The notes under the pieces were generated by a model, which had not been told where the DNA came from, did not search any database, and saw only the letters and a program-made list of their open reading frames with translations. Shown here piece after piece: positions 56,996 through 64,000 of a stretch of 64,000 nt of DNA. Where the stretch lies: the NCBI RefSeq assembly GCF_009914755.1, contig NC_060934.1; one strand, given 5' to 3'. Made by a program: the position numbers and the translations under genes. Source of the DNA: the human T2T-CHM13v2.0 reference genome, Homo sapiens. How positions within the stretch are numbered: the stretch's first letter is position 1; every line of letters begins with the position of its first letter.

Positions 56996-57538
56996 TGTAT
57001 TAACCATGTGTTTCTGATATTTTGACATTTGAAACCTTGCTGATCTTAGAGACATTGCCTCTCCCAAGGTAAGCCAGTTCCTAAAGGTAACAAGACTCAC
57101 CTGCCAACATCACTTTTATACATAAACTAACCAGTCCAGAGCCTGGAATCCCCTACTGCCTCTTTGATCAGACTCTTACACTCTGGGCCACTATCCACCT
57201 TCCCTAATCACCCCAGGGCTGAGTACCAGAAAACTAGGGGCAATCTCTACACCCTAGAGCCGGCTGAAACTATTCAAACTAGCCAGTCCTAAGCTCATTT
57301 ATTCTTCTTATCCTGCCTCACACATTCCTTCCTGCAGAAACCACATAAAGGCTCATGTTTTCCCCTGGCTCTTCTTACTCAGGACTGACCTTGTGCTTGC
57401 TCATATGGCCTCTTTGAGTGTCATGCTTCCCATTTCTAGGAAACTGTGAGTAAAACAACTTCCTTCACAACAGTCATTTCTGTGTCTGCATGTCTTAACA
57501 TACCTGATTAAAGTACATCTTAAGTACACTTTTAAACA
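56996..57538 (+). mobile_element. MER67-like ERV1 solo LTR
   Basis: ccctaatcaccccagggctgagtaccagaaaactaggg...gaaactattcaaactagccagtcctaagc; TG...CA ends. Confidence 0.72.
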
Positions 57539-58131
57539 CTCATTTTTCTTGAATAAATCCTAGGAGTGGAATTGCTGGATCATATAGGAAGTACGCGTTT
57601 CAGTTTTTAATAAATTACAAAACTGTTGCCCAAAGTGCTTGTCCATTTCACATTCTTAGCGATAGCATATGAAATTACCAGTTATTCCACTTCCTTACCA
57701 GACTTTGGTATGATTAGTCTTTTTAATTTTAGCCATTCTAAGAACTACAGTCTCATTAATTTGCATGCCCTTAATGAACAATTTTGTTGAATATTTTTTG
57801 TGTGCTAATTTGCCATCCTTTTATCTTTCAGATGTATCCATAGAAATCCCTTGCATACTTCTTTATTGGGTTGTTTATTTTCTTACTGTTGAAATTTGAA
57901 AGCTCTTTCTATATTCTAGATACAAGTCCTTTATCAGATGTGTGTTTTGCAAAGAACTTCCCCCAGTCTCTGGCTTGTCTTCTTGTTCTCTTAACAGTGT
58001 CTTTTAGAGAGCAGAAGTTTTACATTTTGATGAAGTCAATTTGTTCTTTTATGGATTTTGGTTTTGGCATCATATCTAGGAAATCTTTCCTTGACCCAAG
58101 GTCACAAAGATTTTCTCCCCTGTTTTCTTCT

Positions 58132-59999
58132 AGTATACCTGGGATTTGTAAAGATATATCTGAGAGAAGATACAAGGATGGCAAATTAGCACACAAAAAA
58201 AATTTTCAACATAATTGTTTAGTAAGGGAATGCAAATTAATGAGATTATAACTCTCAGTATAGCTAAAATTAAAAAGACTGATTATACCAAGTGTTGGTG
58301 ATGAAGTAGAGCAACTGGTACTCTCATATGATATTTCTAAGAATATAAAATAGAAGTTCCTGATGCAATGGCAGCCTTTGCCATGGAACTGCAGGTGCCT
58401 GCATTAGGATCTGAACCAATGATGCTGGCTTCATCTCCAAAGCCAGGAGTTAATGCCCAGTTCTTACCTGGATTTTGAATGTGGAATTTGCCAGCCCTGG
58501 TGACTCCACAATCTCGATCAATTAGTGGCCCTTCAGTAGGAGTAGTGGAAATGAGATCACCTTTACTTGCAGGTGGGTCACCACCACAACCAGTTTTACT
58601 AGCTCATAAAGATAAAAGTGGCGCTCCACAAGTTAGAAGTATATATGATGACATTTCTAGCCTGGGATTTGGATCAACACCTTTAACTTCAAGAAGACAG
58701 CCAAACATTTCATGATGCAGAGTCCTCTTACTGGAGTTACATCTACTCCTGGAACAGGGCAAAGTACGTTTAGTCCAGCAAATGTCGGTCAGTCATGAAA
58801 GATGACATTTTCTCCTTCCCGGTTGGATCCTTTTTATACTCAAGGAGATTCTTTGACTTCAGAAGGTCACCTTGATGACACTTGGGTGACTGTGTTCGGG
58901 TTTTCTCAAGCCTCTGCTTCCTACATATTATTACAATTTGCACAGTATGGGAATATCTTAAAACACATGATGTCTAACACAGGAAATTGAATGTATATTC
59001 ATTATCAGTCTAAACTGCAGGCTCGGAAAGCCTTAACCAAAGATGGGAGGATTTTTAGAGAATTCATCATGATTGGTGTAAAATCCTGTATTGACTAAAC
59101 TGTAATGGGAAGCACTGACAGACGTGCTTTATCATCTCCATCTTTCGCCTTTACACCACCAATCAAAACTTTAGGTACACTAGCACAACCTGAAAGTACT
59201 CCTAGGATTTCTGCCATGAGACCTCTTGCTACAGCATACAAAGATTCTACTAGTGATTATCAGGTTATTTCTGACAGATGAAAATCTTGTATCCAAAGCA
59301 ATGGAGTACATGTCTGGCCGGTAGTAGAAGACCAAGGAGGAGGTTGTTACACTAAAACAGAGTTAGCAGAGTGCTGCTGGTTCCTTCGGTTAGTTATATA
59401 ACTGTTCCTGCAGTATTGGACAGTTATACTTCTTTTAGGAAGAAGCCTTTTTCATTAAAGATACAGCCTATTTGTAGCTCACACTTTAGAAGATGCTTGA
59501 GATACATTTTAAAGAAAACTAAAAATCCCTGTAAATAGAATTTTGTGCTTTCTGTAACAGTGCATGCTTCAACACAGAAAACTCAGCATTGATTATTGTA
59601 AATTAAGTAACTGAAATTCTGGTGAGACTTCATAGTCTTCATGAGAAGGTGGGGGTGAATTTCATAAAAGGGGACTATAGTTATTTCTACCAAGACACAA
59701 AGGTTATAATTAGCAATTTGAATTATGGTGTTTTAATTTAGATAGTATTTAATATTATAATTATCCTTGTTTGTATATGTCCTGTCACAGAGTGTTCTCT
59801 TGGTGTATTAAAAAATCAGCATTCTTTTAAAAAAACCTACTACTACAGTTTCTTCATAATAAACATTGTCAATGATTTTAAAAAGAATATAAAATGGGAC
59901 ACTTTGCACAACAGTTTGGTAGTTTCTTAAAAACTTAAACACATAGGATCCAGCAATTCCACTCCTAGGATTCACTTAAGAAAAATAAGTATATAAAAA
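58132..59999 (+). repeat. Inverted duplicate of 57530-57859, later split by the NUP35 retrocopy (pieces 58132-58351 and 59883-59999)
   Basis: Its reverse complement shares private features with the neighbouring L1 copy (tctcatt^aatttgc deletion, gtgtgctaatttgccatcctt). Confidence 0.85.
58352..59882 (+). pseudogene. NUP35: Processed pseudogene of nucleoporin NUP35 (Nup53 family), covering 5'UTR end, whole CDS and 3'UTR
   Basis: ATG at 58368 gives [20 protein letters not shown]...; RRM-like [28 protein letters not shown]; ends MEYMSGR* at 59324; intronless; stops at 58476, about 58796, 58988 and about 59095; frameshifts; AATAAA at 59858; TSD aagaatataaaat at 58339-58351 and 59883-59895. Confidence 0.97.
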
Positions 60000-60030
60000 T
60001 ATACCTAGGATTTGTTTTAACAGTTTTGAA

Positions 60031-60326
60031 GGCTGGGGGTGGTGACTCATGCCTGTAATCCCAGCACTTTGGGAGGCCGAGGCGGGCGGATCACGAGGTC
60101 AGGAGATCAAGACCATCCTGGCTAACACGGTGAAACCCCGTCTCAAAAAAAAAAAATGCAAAAAAATTAGCTCGGCGTGCTGGCAGACCCCTGTAGTCCC
60201 AGCTGCTCAGGAGGCTGTGGCAGGAGAATGGTGTGAATCCGGGAGGCAGAGCTTGCAGTGAGCTGAGATCACGCCACTGCGCTCCAGCCTGGGCGACAGA
60301 GCTAGACTCCGTCTCAAAAAAAAAAA
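60031..60326 (+). mobile_element. AluY
   Basis: gagatcaagaccatcctggctaacacgg, gagcttgcagtg; TSD aa(c/t)agttttgaa. Confidence 0.94.
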
Positions 60327-63136
60327 TAGTTTTGAAGTTTTAGGTTTTACATTTAGTTCTATGATATATACAGTGTCTATGATACATATTTAGGTCTATG
60401 ATATATATAGAGTTTTTATCTGGTGCAAGATACCCATTGAAGTTTGTTTCCTTCTTTGATATCTAATTGTTCTAGAACCACTTGTTGAAAAGCTTATTTT
60501 TTCCCCATAGAATTGCCTTTGTACCTTTGTCAAAAATCAGTTGTCTATGTAATATTAGTGTGGGTATGTTTCTGGATTCTCTAGTCTGTCCCATTGATCT
60601 ATTTGCCCATCTTTTCTCTGTTAATTCCATGCTGTCTGGATTACGATAAATGCATAAGGCATGACGTCAGTTAGTGTTAGTTCTCTAACTTTGCTCTTCT
60701 TTTTCAAAATCGTTGTGGCTATTCTAGGTTCTCTCCAATTAATGAGCATTTTGATATCATTTAAAAAGCATTTAATAATATCTTGTCAATTTCTACAAAA
60801 AAAAAGCCTTCTGGAATGTTTATAGGAATACATCAATTTAGGCAAAAATGATATTTTAGCAATATTAATTTTTCCAACCTAAGAATGTGGCATATATCTC
60901 TCCATTTATTTAGGACTTCTTTAACTTTTTAAGCCATGTTTTATACTCTCGGTGTACATATAGTACACATCTTTTGTGAAATTTATCCTTAAGTATTTCA
61001 AGTTTTGGATGCTATATGAATGGTATTTTTTTCTTAATTTCAATTTTCAACTGGAAAAAAACCTTGTTACTTCAAACTTGAATGCTGTGTTTCCATAGAG
61101 AACAGTAAAACAATAGTTTCCCTGTTCTGTTTTGGCTCCTATCTCTCTAAAGAAGTTCTGCAAATGGATTTTCCTCTCGGCCTTTCAAACTAAATGCCAA
61201 GAGTCCTATAATGAGGCTGAAAATGTGACCATATTGCCCAGAAGGAGCTAACTGTGCTGTCCTCTTTTGCAAAAGCAGCTGAATAAATTGAGTATATTAG
61301 AGACACAAATTTCTAGGACTTGTAAGGATTCTGTCAAAAATGTGTAACAGGGATGTATTACTCTTGCCCTGAGAACTTCAACTTTTGCACTTCCTGACTT
61401 TGCTGTGGCTAAAATTGAAATACCAAAGTGGTATTCCCCAAAGTGTTTGAATTTAATAGCATTAATGACTAGGCCCCTACAAGTCTATAAATTCTTATTT
61501 GAAAATTCAGCTATTCTATTTGTACTTTCTGTGAGTGCTTGACTTTTAGTTTCCTACCTGTAAACTTTTCAAAAAGCAAATAACCTCACCTCAGACATCA
61601 AGTCCTTGTAAGGAGTGAGTGAGCAGCCCTACCTCCCTAAAGAAACAGCTATACTCAGGAGAAGTCTTGTGGTTTAAATTTAGCTGGGTCTTATCTCCTT
61701 CTATTCCATTTAACTATTATGCTCTCAGAGCCTTGGGGAAACATGTTCTGGGAAACTCCTTCGCCATAAAATGTTAAGAACAGAGAGCAAGTTAACACTT
61801 CTAAGACCATCCACATTTCAAAAGACAGTAATTCTAATGTACAGGCATTCATGGTAATGGTGGGTTTCAGGCATTGTGGGAAGGAGAGACAGAACAGCAA
61901 GAGAGCCTTTCAGCATCCCCTGTGATGTCATCATTAGTCTTGCCTTTTAGATGATCTGGTCCAACCTTCACCTCTGACTTTGTGAACGCTGGGCTCTACG
62001 TCCTGAAATACACTATTAACACACACAAGACTTTTCTGTCCCTGTGTCTCCAACTATGTGACAATGGATCATGGATTTTGTTTTGTTTTGTTTTACTTTC
62101 CACACAGGAAAGTTGAGAAGGTATAAAGATATAAAGTTATAAAGATATAAGTTGAGAACACAATACTCAAAGTCGCAATAAAGAAAGTTCAAGTCTAGGT
62201 TGAGTTGACGCTGTTACCATTATTCAACCCCTTCCTTACCACACCAGCCTCTCAGGCACTGGCATTATTTGGTGACATTGATTAAGCCTCCACTGTTAAA
62301 GCTTTGATTGTCCGTTATCTTTGAGATTCAATGTTGGGAACCAGGAAGGACACCCATAGAGACAAGAGGAATGTAGAACCAAGCTCAGCTCTTCTCCTGA
62401 ATGAGGCATAATGGTTCAAAGTAGATGGATAAGAAATGATACGAGCTAGATAGAATCACTTTAGAAAAGCTTTATGAATCTGATGAGCTCAAACTTAACA
62501 ATGAAGAAGGAAACAGATGCAGTCTAGCAGAAAAACAAAGGAGGTATATCTGAGGTGCTCAGTGATGCTTTCTAGACCCAAAGCACACCAGCACAAATAA
62601 ATCCCACTCCCCAAACTGCAAGTATTTTGAAGTGTCCACAGCCCTGGAACTGGTTAAGAAAATATCAAATTTGGGTTCAAAGGTACTTTCAAATATCCTT
62701 TCTACAGAATCCAGAATAAACTTGTAACAGGGCAGGGAAAGAACAGCCTCTGGAAATTTCCAGTCCTCCGAAAGCATAAGACAGCAGCAGGAGACTGTGC
62801 ATGTTTAAAGGAAGTCTGCCTAAAGCCATGCTTTGTATTCACTACTCTCTGTGAACATCAAACTGCTGCCATGCCTTTGTTGCAGTTTTGCCAAGGGAAG
62901 TTGAGCACAGGCTAACAGCCTCCATGAATCGTCCTTGAGGAGGCGTTGTTGGCATTTGGCAGAAACATTCTCCAACCTCTTCATCCCTGTGGCAGAGCCT
63001 GAGCTCAGGCAGGCCCTGGAGCAAGCAGGTGTCTGTCTCTCCTCTGTGCAAGGAGTGAGAAGGTAGCATTGTCACTAAGTAATGCAGCCCATCACATGGT
63101 ACCTGGGATGATTTCAAGGAATTAAAGCACAATGCC

Positions 63137-63661
63137 TATATTAGTTATCTGTTCTGCACAAAAAATTGCCCACCAGAATAGCAACATGAATCATAAATTT
63201 TTATTATCTCACAGTTTCTGGATGTTAGGAATCTGGGAGCAGCCTAGCTGGGTGGTTCAAGCTCAGGATCTCTTGTGAGATTGCAGTCAAGCTTTTGGCT
63301 AGGGCTATAGGTGTGTGAGGCTAAAAGATCTGTTTCCAAGCTCTCTTATGTGATTGTGGGCAAGACTCAGTTTCTTGCTGGCTGTTGGCTGAGTGTCTCA
63401 CTTCCTTGCTATGTGGGCCTTTCCAAAGGCTGCCTGAGCAATTTCATGACATAGCAGCTAGCTTTCCCCTGAGGACATGATCCAAGAGAAAAAGACCAAT
63501 ATGGCAGCCACAGTCTTTTACAATCCATCTTGGAAATGACATGGGAAAAAATCACTTCTGTTATATTCTATTGGTCATACAGACCAACTCTGGAACAATG
63601 TAGAAGGGGAGTGTCAGGAAGCAGGCATCACTGGGGACCCTCTTGGAGGCTGCCTACCACA
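63137..63661 (-). mobile_element. MLT1F-like MaLR LTR
   Basis: tattatctcacagtttctgg...ggaatctgggagcagcctagctgggtgg...tggaggctgcctaccaca. Confidence 0.85.
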
Positions 63662-63737
63662 CTTCTCATCTAACAGTGCTAAGAACACAGTTGGCCCCAG
63701 CCTTCGATATAATGTATATCAGGTAACACTTTTTAGA

Positions 63738-63935
63738 GGTACTGCAATGCAGTGGCAAGACTAGTAGACTGCTAGTAAAGAGATTTTGATTCAAGTTCAA
63801 TTCTGACAATCAAAAATGCTCTGTGTCTTTGGAATGCTGGTTAACCTTTTTGCCCATCTGTTATCTCATCTGTAAAATGAGACTATTGTCATTAATGGCC
63901 TCAAGGATGTCTCTCAACTCTCAAATTCCATCTCT
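63738..63935 (+). mobile_element. MIR (MIRc/MIR3)
   Basis: ttaacctttttgcccatctgttatctcatctgtaaaatgag...tcaaggatgtctctcaactctcaaattc. Confidence 0.72.
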
Positions 63936-64000
63936 TCATTCATATATCTTAATTGCCATTAAGAAATGTGCCATTTCAGGCATGAAAGTTATGAAGGTGA

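Larger units (their letters stand above)
56500..61050 (-). mobile_element. Old L1M element hosting MER67, an inverted self-duplication, the NUP35 retrocopy and AluY
   Basis: Collinear antisense L1 pieces at 56500-56995, 57539-58133 and 60330-61050. Confidence 0.8.

Noticed and set aside
58479-58990. ORFs encoding NUP35-like peptides (78 aa and 62 aa)
   Set aside because: Fragments between stops and frameshifts of the processed pseudogene, with no introns.

Overview
AT-rich, repeat-dense human-type genomic DNA: a human-specific AluYa5 is present, and the window is intronic or intergenic in character. I recognise no intact protein-coding exon, CpG island or structural RNA gene. Most ORFs in the supplied track come from Alu, L1 or LTR sequence, or are short chance ORFs. 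The only gene-derived sequence is a full-length, disabled processed pseudogene of nucleoporin NUP35 (58352-59882, +, 13-bp TSD). From memory this may be NUP35P1 in the KIAA1217 region of 10p12, which is unverified. The rest is a layered record of L1 (PA/PB/MA-ME), Alu (J/S/Y/Ya5), MaLR/ERV LTRs, L2/MIR/CR1 and DNA transposons (MADE2, MER45A, MER58A, MER5, MER44, Charlie5). The most unusual signal is five separate short segments (55-330 bp) copied from within about 2 kb and inserted, direct or inverted, into repeats without TSD or poly(A). They look like template-switch or templated-repair scars of different ages (roughly 80% to 99% identity). Also present: a micro-L1 with a short 3' transduction, an orphan poly(A) retro-insertion, a candidate non-coding first exon or promoter, and two motif-dense candidate enhancers. 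I found no evidence of a new gene system. Repeat subfamily calls were made by eye and their boundaries are approximate.
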